Origin: an uncultured Thiomicrospira sp.
Lineage (GTDB): Bacteria > Pseudomonadota > Gammaproteobacteria > CAKMZV01
DNA: 32,000 nt
Assembly (NCBI GenBank): GCA_965195345.1
Contig: OZ239628.1
Location: 803,339 to 835,338, forward strand
Direction: 5' to 3'
Positions 19,203 to 28,794 of the stretch are shown piece by piece (position 1 is the stretch's first letter; every line of letters starts with the position of its first letter). The position numbers and the translations under genes are program-made. The notes beneath the pieces are model-generated. The model was given only the letters and a program-made list of their open reading frames with translations, made no database searches and was not told the origin of the DNA.

Positions 19203-19449
19203 ATACGTATATAGCTAAAAGGCAATTAGAGTTGCTTGATTAACCCACCATTATGTATTCATCAGGAGAACAGGCGCACAACTTTTTTACTTAATGTTTC
19301 GCTGTAAATGTTATGAACTGTTTGCATGTTTTCTCATGCTTTAATTTATAATGATTAGGATTGCTGGATTGTAGACATACTGCTTTTATCAAACACATAA
19401 ACTGTTGTGATAATTGTGATTTCATAGTTAAAATAAAATATAGGACTAA
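19203..19449 (+). repeat. Conserved ~247-bp intergenic module between paralogs (also 15987-16235 and 23923-24170; partial at 5234-5400 and 28635-28794)
   Basis: Shared ACGTATATAGCTAAAAGGCAATTAGAGTTG.TTGATTA...CGCTGTAAATGTTATGAACTGTTTGC...AAACACATAAACTGTTGTGATAATTGTGATTTCATAGTTAAAA. Confidence 0.9.
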
Positions 19450-22400
19450 ATGAAAATGAACCATTTAAAGTGCTGGGGATTTCTATTATCACTCGTTTTT
19501 TTATCTGCCTGTGGCGGTGGGGGTGGCGGCGATTCAACACCTCCGTCTACTAATACAGCACCAAGTTTAAGTCTCTCTGTCAATGCCCTAATGCTTGATG
19601 AAGATTTTGGCACTTTTGTCATCAATACCACTGCAACCGATGCAGAAGATGGGACACTGTCCGTAACTGTATCTGGACAGGCTGGTTTGCTAACCACTGA
19701 TGTCACCACTGGTCGAATTACCCTAACTTCTATTGCCAATGCTAACGGCACAACTACACTTACTGTACGTGCTACCGATAGCGGAAACCTCTCTGCTACC
19801 ACCGAAGTAGTTGTCACCATTAACGCCATCAATGATGCCCCGACATTTACTCTTGCTACAACAAACATTACTATCGTTGAAAATGCCACTGCTCGTCAAA
19901 CGATTTCCATTCCCAATGTAGTCGATGTTGACGGAAACGCACTGACCTTTTCAGTCATTGCCTCCACTTCTTTATTTAGTACTAACCCAACACCTGTTGT
20001 GTCTTTTTCAGATACAAGGGTGATAATCTCCGATACACAACCTACAGCTCAACTCTATTACAGCCTACTGCCCGACGTCACAGGCTCTGGCTTCATTCAA
20101 ATTGCTTTAACAGATGGCATAGAGACCCAACGTACGACCGTTACTGTTACTGTTACAGAAGTTAGAACTCCACCCCAAATTACCCAAGACTTTAGAACAC
20201 ATCGCTTCTTTGATGCGCGTGCAACGCGTGTAGGCGCTGTTGGAGGTGTCTTATTTGCAGCACGAGGTGCATTTACTGGATCGACTGAAACAACCTCAAC
20301 AGATGGTACGGGGAATTTTAGTAATCAATTAAACTTTGTCCGTTCCTTAGGAGGGAGTTTAGCCGAACTTTACACTGAGGAAACATACAACGCTTTATTG
20401 GGTTCTGTTTTGGTTTCCAATGGCACTGCAACAGCAGACTTTAATGATGATCGTTTTTGGCTTGGACTCACTGATACACCCAATGCTTTTGGCGCTTCTG
20501 TGTCAGATCAATCTTCCTCATTAGAGCGTTATTTTTGGTTGTCTGGTCAGCGGGTGTCACAAGGATTAGGTATTTCTCGTATAGAAGTTCCAGGAGTGTA
20601 CATAGGCTGGGGGTCATCCGCCCCAACTGCAAGCAATGAGCCCTGTGCTAATTTGATTCTTGGTGCCGAAGTATCTGCAGGGCTCAGACCTTGGGCAAGT
20701 ACTGGGTGCGATGGATCATCATCTGCTACTTTCAATGTGCTAAAAGCGTTGATGCAGTTCCCAAATGGCTTACCTACTACTTCTTCAATGATTGTTCAAG
20801 CGAGGCTCCCAATCACCCGTATTCGTTTAAGTGGTTATGATCTTGATGGTTCAGATAATACATTGTCTTGGCAAGTTACCGATGCATCTGGTGGTGGTAT
20901 CACTACTTCCACAGTCTATAGCAGTACTGGCGCACAAACCTTAGAGATTTCTTACACTCCTGTGAGCGGCTTTTCAGGCACTGCGACCCTTGTTGTAAGC
21001 TTAGATGATGGTGATAGTGCTACGCAAAATAGTACTGCCCGTGTATTGGTGGTTAATAACACACCAACTTTAATATTTTCCACCAATACTGTCAGCTTAG
21101 ATGAAGACTTTACCAGATTCGTCATTAACACCACTGCAACCGATGCAGCAGGGATAATCGACTTTAGTGTTAGCACAGGAAACGGTATTGTTTTTGTAAC
21201 CACCTCTGCTAATGCGATTACACTGCAATCACTTTCGAATATAAATGGTGCTGTAACCTTAACAGTCGTTGCGGATAGTGGTCTTTTGACAAATACACAG
21301 ACGATTAGCGTTGTGGTTAATCCAGTTAATGACACTCCCACGCTGTCTTTATCTGTGACGCAAAGGGTGCTTGCTCAAAACTTTGGCACTTTCGTCATCA
21401 ACACCACTGCAACCGATGTGGATTCAGGCCCATTGGGCTTTAGTGTCAGTACAGGTAATGGCATTGTTAATGTAACAACCTCTGTCAATACGATTACTCT
21501 GCAATCACTCGCTAATGTCATAGGCGATGTTACGTTAACGGTTAGCGTAAGCGATGGACTATTGACGACGACACAGTCCATTTTTATAACCGTTAGTAGA
21601 CCGTTTACGTTTGAAGTATCGACAAACACTATCGTTTTAGATGAAGATTTTAATACCTTCATTATTAACACCACTGCAACGGCTGCAGATGGGACTATAT
21701 TACCTATTTCAGTGGTGCAGAGCAGCTCTAACCTACTTACATTCAGCACTATAACTGGGCGCATTACCCTTTCATCTATTGCGAATGCTAATGGAGTAAC
21801 AACCCTTACCGTGAGTGCAGCTAATCAAAATGGACTAACGAACACGACAGAAGTAGCCATTACCGTTAATTCCGTTAATGATACTCCCACACTCAGTTTA
21901 TCAAGTACAGACTTAACTTTCTCACCTAATGGAACCGGTTTTATAACTGCTTTTGGTGCGGATGTGGAAACAAGCAGTGCCTCATTGATCTATTCTGTAC
22001 AACAAAACCCATCTTTGTTACAGGTGAGTACACCAGGCAATGTCATCGTACTGAGAGCGGGTGATACTACAGGCTCGACCACTTTAGTGATCACCGTTAC
22101 TGATGGCGGTGGTTCAAGCGCTTCAGCAACCGCTCGAGTTACTGTTTTATCAGGTGTTTTGAATGCTTTGAATGTAAGTTTAAATGTTAAACGCATTAAC
22201 TTTTCTTGGAACACACTTCCTACAGCAAATCATTACCGCATGCTTAGCAATGTTGATTTGAATGCTGGTGGTGGTTTTGTTGATGCCAGTAGCGCAGGCT
22301 TGGTGTTTGTACCGAATAGTACGAATATTATCAATACTACAGTCTCTGCAACAGTGGATGTAGCAGGCTATCTTTCTACGGCTGATGGACCACAGTACCT

Positions 22401-23922
22401 GCTACAAGCTTGTAGTAGTGTTGACAATTCCGCTTGTTCTAATCTTGCACAACAATCTCTGAGCAATATTCAGTTAGAGGGATTGATTGGTTATTTCAAA
22501 GCTTCTAATACAGATGCAGATGATGAATTTGGTGAGGGTGTCGCAATAAGCGGTGATGGCAACACATTAGTTGTCGGTGCACCATTTGAGGACAGCACCG
22601 CCACTGTCATCAACGGCGATGAATCAGACAATTCTAGAAGTGACTCTGGTGCAGCCTATGTTTTCGTGCGTAGTAGTACGGGCAGCTGGCGTCAACAAGC
22701 CTATATCAAAGCCTTTGATGCACAAGCCAATGGTCAGTCTAATTCAGCTGTACCAAGGAGCAATGATCAGTTTGGTGCAGCTGTAACAATAAGCAATGAC
22801 GGTAATACTATAGTTGTTGGTGCAGAATTTAAGGATGTTGCCGCTCCTGGCGGTTCCGTTCAGCCCAACACTGGTGCAGCCTATGTTTTCGTGCGCAGTA
22901 GTACCGGCAGCTGGCGTCAACAAGCTTTCATCAGCGCTTCTAATCTAAATGCCAATGATCGGTTTGGAAGAACTGTATCGGTCGCTGCTGATGGTAATAC
23001 ACTCGCTGTCGGTGCACCTTTAAAAAGCGTAAATGCTCTAACTTCTGTTGGTACAGCCTATGTTTTTGTACGCAGTAGTACAGATTCATCATGGAGTGAG
23101 CAAGCTTTATTTACACCACCTACTGTAATAATTAGTAGTAATTTTGGTTCTGCTGTATCGATGAGTGGTGATGGTAATACCATGGTCGTTGGTGCAAGTG
23201 GTGACCGAAGTAATGGCATGGGTATCAACGCTGATGAAGTCCCTACTAGTACTCCTCTTTTTAATTCTGGTGCAGCCCATGTTTTTGTACGCAGTAGTAC
23301 AGATAGTACATGGAGTCGGCAAGCTTATATTAGAGCCTCAAATCCAGGTAGTACTGATCTCTTTGGTGCAGCTGTATCGATGAGTGGTGATGGTAATACC
23401 ATGGTCGTTGGTGCACATCAAGAAGACAGCAATGCCACGGGAATCGGCGGGGGGCAAGGAGATGTTAGTAATCCTAATTCAAATTTTGGTGCAGCCTATG
23501 TTTTTGTGCGCAGTAGTACGGGCACATGGAGCCAACAAGAATATATCAAAGCCTCAAATACAGGATTTGGTGATGTGTTTGGTTTTGCTGTTTCAATGCG
23601 CAGTGATGGTAATGCGTTCGTTGTTGGTGCACCATTTGAGGACAGCAATGCCACGGGAATCAACGGGGTCCAAGGAGGTGGTGCTACTGACGCTGGTGCA
23701 GTCTATCTTTTTGTACGCAGTGGTACGACATGGCGTCAACAAGCCTACATCAAAGCCTCAAACACAGGAGCTGATGATGAGTTTGGTGACTCTGTTTCAA
23801 TAAGCAGTGATGGTAAAACGCTTGCTGTCGGTGCACCCAATGAAGATAGCAATGCCACTGGTATCAATGGTAATCAAACAGACGATAGTCAAGATGACGC
23901 TGGTGCAGTGTATTTGTATTAG
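19450..23922 (+). CDS. Gene 5: giant lipoprotein (1490 aa) with cadherin-like repeats, C-type-lectin-like domain, FN3-like module and FG-GAP propeller
   Basis: Complete ORF; MKMNHLKCWGFLLSLVFLSACGGGGGGD; ends GAVYLY*; colinear with gene 6 at a constant +4721 offset over the N-terminal ~1000 aa. Confidence 0.95.
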   Translation: MKMNHLKCWGFLLSLVFLSACGGGGGGDSTPPSTNTAPSLSLSVNALMLDEDFGTFVINTTATDAEDGTLSVTVSGQAGLLTTDVTTGRITLTSIANANGTTTLTVRATDSGNLSATTEVVVTINAINDAPTFTLATTNITIVENATARQTISIPNVVDVDGNALTFSVIASTSLFSTNPTPVVSFSDTRVIISDTQPTAQLYYSLLPDVTGSGFIQIALTDGIETQRTTVTVTVTEVRTPPQITQDFRTHRFFDARATRVGAVGGVLFAARGAFTGSTETTSTDGTGNFSNQLNFVRSLGGSLAELYTEETYNALLGSVLVSNGTATADFNDDRFWLGLTDTPNAFGASVSDQSSSLERYFWLSGQRVSQGLGISRIEVPGVYIGWGSSAPTASNEPCANLILGAEVSAGLRPWASTGCDGSSSATFNVLKALMQFPNGLPTTSSMIVQARLPITRIRLSGYDLDGSDNTLSWQVTDASGGGITTSTVYSSTGAQTLEISYTPVSGFSGTATLVVSLDDGDSATQNSTARVLVVNNTPTLIFSTNTVSLDEDFTRFVINTTATDAAGIIDFSVSTGNGIVFVTTSANAITLQSLSNINGAVTLTVVADSGLLTNTQTISVVVNPVNDTPTLSLSVTQRVLAQNFGTFVINTTATDVDSGPLGFSVSTGNGIVNVTTSVNTITLQSLANVIGDVTLTVSVSDGLLTTTQSIFITVSRPFTFEVSTNTIVLDEDFNTFIINTTATAADGTILPISVVQSSSNLLTFSTITGRITLSSIANANGVTTLTVSAANQNGLTNTTEVAITVNSVNDTPTLSLSSTDLTFSPNGTGFITAFGADVETSSASLIYSVQQNPSLLQVSTPGNVIVLRAGDTTGSTTLVITVTDGGGSSASATARVTVLSGVLNALNVSLNVKRINFSWNTLPTANHYRMLSNVDLNAGGGFVDASSAGLVFVPNSTNIINTTVSATVDVAGYLSTADGPQYLLQACSSVDNSACSNLAQQSLSNIQLEGLIGYFKASNTDADDEFGEGVAISGDGNTLVVGAPFEDSTATVINGDESDNSRSDSGAAYVFVRSSTGSWRQQAYIKAFDAQANGQSNSAVPRSNDQFGAAVTISNDGNTIVVGAEFKDVAAPGGSVQPNTGAAYVFVRSSTGSWRQQAFISASNLNANDRFGRTVSVAADGNTLAVGAPLKSVNALTSVGTAYVFVRSSTDSSWSEQALFTPPTVIISSNFGSAVSMSGDGNTMVVGASGDRSNGMGINADEVPTSTPLFNSGAAHVFVRSSTDSTWSRQAYIRASNPGSTDLFGAAVSMSGDGNTMVVGAHQEDSNATGIGGGQGDVSNPNSNFGAAYVFVRSSTGTWSQQEYIKASNTGFGDVFGFAVSMRSDGNAFVVGAPFEDSNATGINGVQGGGATDAGAVYLFVRSGTTWRQQAYIKASNTGADDEFGDSVSISSDGKTLAVGAPNEDSNATGINGNQTDDSQDDAGAVYLY
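20161..20775 (+). other. C-type-lectin-like domain in gene 5
   Basis: NFVRSLGGSLAELYTEETYNALLGSV..DDRFWLGLTDT..RYFWLSGQ..YIGWGSSAPTASNEPCANLILGAEVSAGLRPWASTGCDGS. Confidence 0.6.
22474..23919 (+). other. FG-GAP beta-propeller head of gene 5 (7 repeats)
   Basis: Seven cores from AISGDGNTLVVGAPFED to SISSDGKTLAVGAPNED. Confidence 0.85.
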
Positions 23923-24170
23923 AAGACGTATATAGCTAAAAGGCAATTAGAGTTGCTTGATTACCCCACCATTATGTGTTCATCAGGAGAACAGGCACAC
24001 AGCTTTTTTACTTAATGTTTCGCTGTAAATGTTATGAACTGTTTGCATGTTTTCTCATGCTTTAATTTATAATGATTAGGATTGCTGGATTGTAGACATA
24101 CTGCTTTTATCAAACACATAAACTGTTGTGATAATTGTGATTTCATAGTTAAAATAAAATATAGGACTAA

Positions 24171-27100
24171 ATGAAAATGAACCATTTAAAGTGCTGGGGA
24201 TTTCTATTATCACTCGTTTTTTTATCTGCCTGTGGCGGTGGGGGTGGCGGCGATTCAACACCTCCGTCTACTAATACAGCACCAAGTTTAAGTCTCTCTG
24301 TCAATGCCCTAATGCTTGATGAAGATTTTGGCACTTTTGTCATCAATACCACTGCAACCGATGCAGAAGATGGGACACTGTCCGTAACTGTATCTGGACA
24401 GGCTGGTTTGCTAACCACTGATGTCACCACTGGTCGAATTACCCTAACTTCCATTGCCAATGCTAACGGCACAGCTACACTTACTGTACGTGCTACCGAT
24501 AGCGGAAACCTCTCTGCTACCACCGAAGTGGTTGTCACCATTAACGCCATCAATGATGCCCCGACATTTACTCTTGCTACAACAAACATTACTATCGTTG
24601 AAAATGCCACTGCTCGTCAAACGATTTCCATTCCCAATGTAGTCGATGTTGACGGAAACGCACTGACCTTTTCAGTCATTGCCTCCACTTCTTTATTTAG
24701 TACTAACCCAACACCTGTTGTGTCTTTTTCAGATACAAGGGTGATAATCTCCGATACACAACCTACAGCTCAACTCTATTACAGCCTACTGCCCGACGTC
24801 ACAGGCTCTGGCTTCATTCAAATTGCTTTAACAGATGGCATAGAGACCCAACGTACGACCGTTACTGTTACTGTTACAGAAGTTAGAACTCCACCCCAAA
24901 TTACCCAAGACTTTAGAACACATCGCTTCTTTGATGCGCGTGCAACGCGTGTAGGCGCTGTTGGAGGTGTCTTATTTGCAGCACGAGGTGCATTTACTGG
25001 ATCGACTGAAACAACCTCAACAGATGGTACGGGGAATTTTAGTAATCAATTAAACTTTGTCCGTTCCTTAGGAGGGAGTTTAGCCGAACTTTACACTGAG
25101 GAAACATACAACGCTTTATTGGGTTCTGTTTTGGTTTCCAATGGCACTGCAACAGCAGACTTTAATGATGATCGTTTTTGGCTTGGACTCACTGATACAC
25201 CCAATGCTTTTGGCGCTTCTGTGTCAGATCAATCTGCCTCAGTAGAGCGTTATTTTTGGTTGTCTGGTCAGCGGGTGTCACAAGGATTAGGTATTTCTCG
25301 TATAGAAGTTCCAGGAGTGTACATAGGCTGGGGGGCATCCGCCCCAACTGCAAGCAATCAGCCCTGTGCTAATTTGATTCTTGGTGCCGAAGTATCTGCA
25401 GGTCTCAGACCTTGGGCAAGTACTGGGTGCGATGGATCATCATCTGCTACTTTCAATGTGCTAAAAGCGTTGATGCAGTTCCCAAATGGCTTACCTACTA
25501 CTTCTTCAATGATTGTTCAAGCGAGGCTCCCAATCACACGTATTCGTTTAAGTGGTTATGATCTTGATGGTTCAGATAATACATTGTCTTGGCAAGTTAC
25601 CGATGCATCTGGTGGTGGTATCACTACTTCCACAGTCTATAGCAGTACTGGCGCACAAACCTTAGAGATTTCTTACACTCCTGTGAGCGGCTTTTCAGGA
25701 ACTGCGACCCTTGTTGTAAGCTTAGATGATGGTGATAGTGCTACGCAAAATAGTACTGCCCGTGTATTGGTGGTTAATAACACACCAACTTTAACACTCT
25801 CAACCAATGTTGTCAGCTTAGATGAAGACTTTACCAGCTTCGTCATTAACACCACTGCAACCGATGCAGCAGGGATAATCGACTTTAGTGTTAGCACAGG
25901 AAACGGTATTGTTTTTGTAACCACCTCTGCTAATGCGATTACACTGCAATCACTTTCGAATATAAATGGTGCTGTAACCTTAACAGTCGTTGCGGATAGT
26001 GGTCTTTTGACAAATACACAGACGATTAGCGTTGTGGTTAATCCAGTTAACGACACTCCCACGCTGTCTTTATCTGTGACGCAAAGGGTGCTTGCTCAAA
26101 ACTTTGGCACTTTCGTCATCAACACCACTGCAACCGATGTGGATTCAGGCCCATTGGGCTTTAGTGTCAGTACAGGTAATGGCATTGTTAATGTAACAAC
26201 CTCTGTCAATACGATTACTCTGCAATCACTCGCTAATGTCATAGGCGATGTGACGTTAACGGTTAGCGTAAGCGATGGACTATTGACGACGACACAGTCC
26301 ATTTTTATAACCGTTAGTAGACCGTTTACGTTTGAAGTATCGACAAACACTATCGTTTTAGATGAAGATTTTAATACCTTCATTATTAACACCACTGCAA
26401 CGGCTGCAGATGGGACTATATTACCTATTTCAGTGGTGCAGAGCAGTTCTAACCTACTTACATTCAGCACTATAACTGGGCGCATTACCCTTTCATCTAT
26501 TGCGAATGCTAATGGAGTAACAACTCTTACCGTGAGTGCGGCTAATCAAAATGGACTAACGAACACGACAGAAGTAGCGATTACCGTTAATTCCGTTAAT
26601 GACACTCCCACACTCAGCTTATCAACTACAAACTTAACTTTCTCACCTAATGGAACCGGTTTTATAACTGCTTTTGGTGCGGATGTGGAAACAAGCAGTG
26701 CCTCATTGATCTATTCTGTACAACAAAATCCATCTTTGTTGCAGGTGAGTACACCAGGCAATGTCATTGTACTGAGAGCGGATGATACTACAGGTTCGAC
26801 AACTTTAGTGATAACCGTTACTGATGGCGGTGGTTCAAGCGCTTCAGCAACTGCTCGAGTTACTGTTCTATCAGGTGTTTTGAATGCTTTGAGCGTAAGT
26901 TTAAATGTTAAACGCATTAACTTTTCTTGGAACACACTTCCTACAGCAAACCATTACCGTATGCTTAGCAATGTCGATTTGAACGCTGGTGGTGGTTTTG
27001 TTGATGCCAGTAGCGCAGGTTTGGTGTTTATACCGAATAGCACGAATATTATCAATACTACAGTCTCTGCAACAGTGGATGTGGCACGCTATCTTTCTAC

Positions 27101-28634
27101 GGCTGATGGACCACAGTATCTGCTGCAAGCTTGTAGTAGTGTGGACAATTTCGCTTGTTCTAATCTTGCACAACAATCTCTGAGCAATATTCAGTTAGAG
27201 GGATTGATTGGTTACTTCAAAGCTTCTAATACGGAAATGGGAGATGAATTTGGTGAGGGTGTCGCAATAAGTGGTGATGGCAACACATTAGTTGTCGGTG
27301 CACCCGGAGAAGATAGCGACGCCACCGGCATCAACGGCGATGAATCAGACAATTCTAGAAGTAACTCTGGTGCAGCCTATGTTTTCGTGCGCAGTAGTAC
27401 AGGCAGCTGGCGTCAACAAGCATACCTTAAAGCCTCTGATGCAGCAGATGATGATGGGTTTTCTTCAAGAGCTGTAACAATAAGCAATGACGGTAATACT
27501 ATAGTTGTTGGTGCACCACGCAAGGATGTTGCCGCTCCTGGCGGTAGCCCCCAGGGCAACACTGGTGCAGCCTATGTTTTCGTGCGCAGTAGTACCGGCA
27601 GCTGGCGTCAACAGGCTTTCATCAGCGCTTCTAATCTAAATGCCAATGATCAGTTTGGAACAGCTGTATCGGTTGCTGCTGATGGTAATACACTCGCTAT
27701 CGGTGCGCCTTCAAAAACTGTACGTACTATAGATTCTATGGGTCAATCTGTGAGCAGAGCTACTGCTGGTACAGCCTATGTTTTTGTACGCAGTAGTACA
27801 GATTCATCATGGAGTGAGCAAGCTATATTGACAGCACCTTTTGTAACGAGTTTTGCTTTTTTTGGTAATGCTGTATCGATGAGTGGTGATGGTAATACCA
27901 TGGTCGTCGGTGCAGACGGTGACCAAAGTACTGGCACGGGTATCGGCAGTGATGAATCCACCATTAATGATTTTGGTACCGGTGCTGCCCATGTTTTTGT
28001 ACGTAGTAGTACGGGTAGATGGAGTCGGCAAGAATATTTTAAAGCCTCAAATGCAGAAGGTACTGATCTCTTTGGTACAGCTGTATCGATGAGCGGTGAT
28101 GGTAATACCATGGTCGTTGGTGCACCAGGGGAAGACAGCAATGCCACGGGTGTCGACGGGGATCAAGCAAATAATGGTAGTGGTGTTAATTCAAATTCTG
28201 GTGCAGCCTATGTTTTTGTGCGCAGTAGTACGGGCACATGGACGCAAGAAGCCTATATCAAAGCCTCAAATACAGGAGATGGTGATGTGTTTGGTTCTGT
28301 TCTCTCAATGAGCAATGATGGTAATGCGTTCGTTGTTGGTGCACCAAATGAGGACAGCAATGCCACGGGAATCAACGGGGGGGAAGCAGGTGGTGCTAAT
28401 AACGCTGGTGCAGTCTATCTTTTTGTGCGCAGTGGTACGACATGGCGTCAACAAGCCTATACCAAAGCCTCAAACACAGGAGCTGATGATGCGTTTGGTG
28501 ACTCTGTTTCAATAAGCAGTGATGGTAAAACGTTTGCTGTTGGCGCATCTGGCGAAAATGGCAGCGCCACTGGTATCAATGGCGATCAAACAGACGATAG
28601 TCAAGATAACGCTGGTGCAGTGTATTTGTATTAG
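24171..28634 (+). CDS. Gene 6: giant lipoprotein (1487 aa), near-duplicate of gene 5
   Basis: Complete ORF; N-terminal signal and lipobox identical to gene 5; ends GAVYLY*. Confidence 0.95.
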   Translation: MKMNHLKCWGFLLSLVFLSACGGGGGGDSTPPSTNTAPSLSLSVNALMLDEDFGTFVINTTATDAEDGTLSVTVSGQAGLLTTDVTTGRITLTSIANANGTATLTVRATDSGNLSATTEVVVTINAINDAPTFTLATTNITIVENATARQTISIPNVVDVDGNALTFSVIASTSLFSTNPTPVVSFSDTRVIISDTQPTAQLYYSLLPDVTGSGFIQIALTDGIETQRTTVTVTVTEVRTPPQITQDFRTHRFFDARATRVGAVGGVLFAARGAFTGSTETTSTDGTGNFSNQLNFVRSLGGSLAELYTEETYNALLGSVLVSNGTATADFNDDRFWLGLTDTPNAFGASVSDQSASVERYFWLSGQRVSQGLGISRIEVPGVYIGWGASAPTASNQPCANLILGAEVSAGLRPWASTGCDGSSSATFNVLKALMQFPNGLPTTSSMIVQARLPITRIRLSGYDLDGSDNTLSWQVTDASGGGITTSTVYSSTGAQTLEISYTPVSGFSGTATLVVSLDDGDSATQNSTARVLVVNNTPTLTLSTNVVSLDEDFTSFVINTTATDAAGIIDFSVSTGNGIVFVTTSANAITLQSLSNINGAVTLTVVADSGLLTNTQTISVVVNPVNDTPTLSLSVTQRVLAQNFGTFVINTTATDVDSGPLGFSVSTGNGIVNVTTSVNTITLQSLANVIGDVTLTVSVSDGLLTTTQSIFITVSRPFTFEVSTNTIVLDEDFNTFIINTTATAADGTILPISVVQSSSNLLTFSTITGRITLSSIANANGVTTLTVSAANQNGLTNTTEVAITVNSVNDTPTLSLSTTNLTFSPNGTGFITAFGADVETSSASLIYSVQQNPSLLQVSTPGNVIVLRADDTTGSTTLVITVTDGGGSSASATARVTVLSGVLNALSVSLNVKRINFSWNTLPTANHYRMLSNVDLNAGGGFVDASSAGLVFIPNSTNIINTTVSATVDVARYLSTADGPQYLLQACSSVDNFACSNLAQQSLSNIQLEGLIGYFKASNTEMGDEFGEGVAISGDGNTLVVGAPGEDSDATGINGDESDNSRSNSGAAYVFVRSSTGSWRQQAYLKASDAADDDGFSSRAVTISNDGNTIVVGAPRKDVAAPGGSPQGNTGAAYVFVRSSTGSWRQQAFISASNLNANDQFGTAVSVAADGNTLAIGAPSKTVRTIDSMGQSVSRATAGTAYVFVRSSTDSSWSEQAILTAPFVTSFAFFGNAVSMSGDGNTMVVGADGDQSTGTGIGSDESTINDFGTGAAHVFVRSSTGRWSRQEYFKASNAEGTDLFGTAVSMSGDGNTMVVGAPGEDSNATGVDGDQANNGSGVNSNSGAAYVFVRSSTGTWTQEAYIKASNTGDGDVFGSVLSMSNDGNAFVVGAPNEDSNATGINGGEAGGANNAGAVYLFVRSGTTWRQQAYTKASNTGADDAFGDSVSISSDGKTFAVGASGENGSATGINGDQTDDSQDNAGAVYLY
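24882..25496 (+). other. C-type-lectin-like domain in gene 6
   Basis: Nearly identical to the gene 5 domain at +4721 bp, with a few substitutions (SSSLERYFW to SASVERYFW, GWGSSAP to GWGASAP, NEPC to NQPC). Confidence 0.6.
27195..28631 (+). other. FG-GAP beta-propeller head of gene 6 (7 repeats)
   Basis: Seven cores from AISGDGNTLVVGAPGED to SISSDGKTFAVGASGEN. Confidence 0.85.
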
Positions 28635-28794
28635 AATACGTATATAGCTAAAAGGCAATTAGAGTTGCTTGATTACTCCACCATTATGTATTCATCAGAA
28701 GAACAGGCGCACAACTTTTTTACTTAACGTTTATTGCTGTAAATGTTATAAACTGTTGTGGTAATTATGATTTCATAGTGAGAATATAAGGTTA

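Noticed and set aside
1495-25496. Diversity-generating retroelement targeting the C-type-lectin-like domain
   Set aside because: The lectin-like fold is a classic DGR target, but no reverse transcriptase or template repeat is visible. Differences between gene 5 and gene 6 copies are few and not adenine-specific. A DGR outside the window cannot be excluded.
5234-28794. Intergenic conserved modules as integron attC sites or insertion-sequence ends
   Set aside because: No attC-like inverted pairs, terminal inverted repeats, target-site duplications or recombinase/transposase genes were found. Duplication of gene plus flank explains the conservation.
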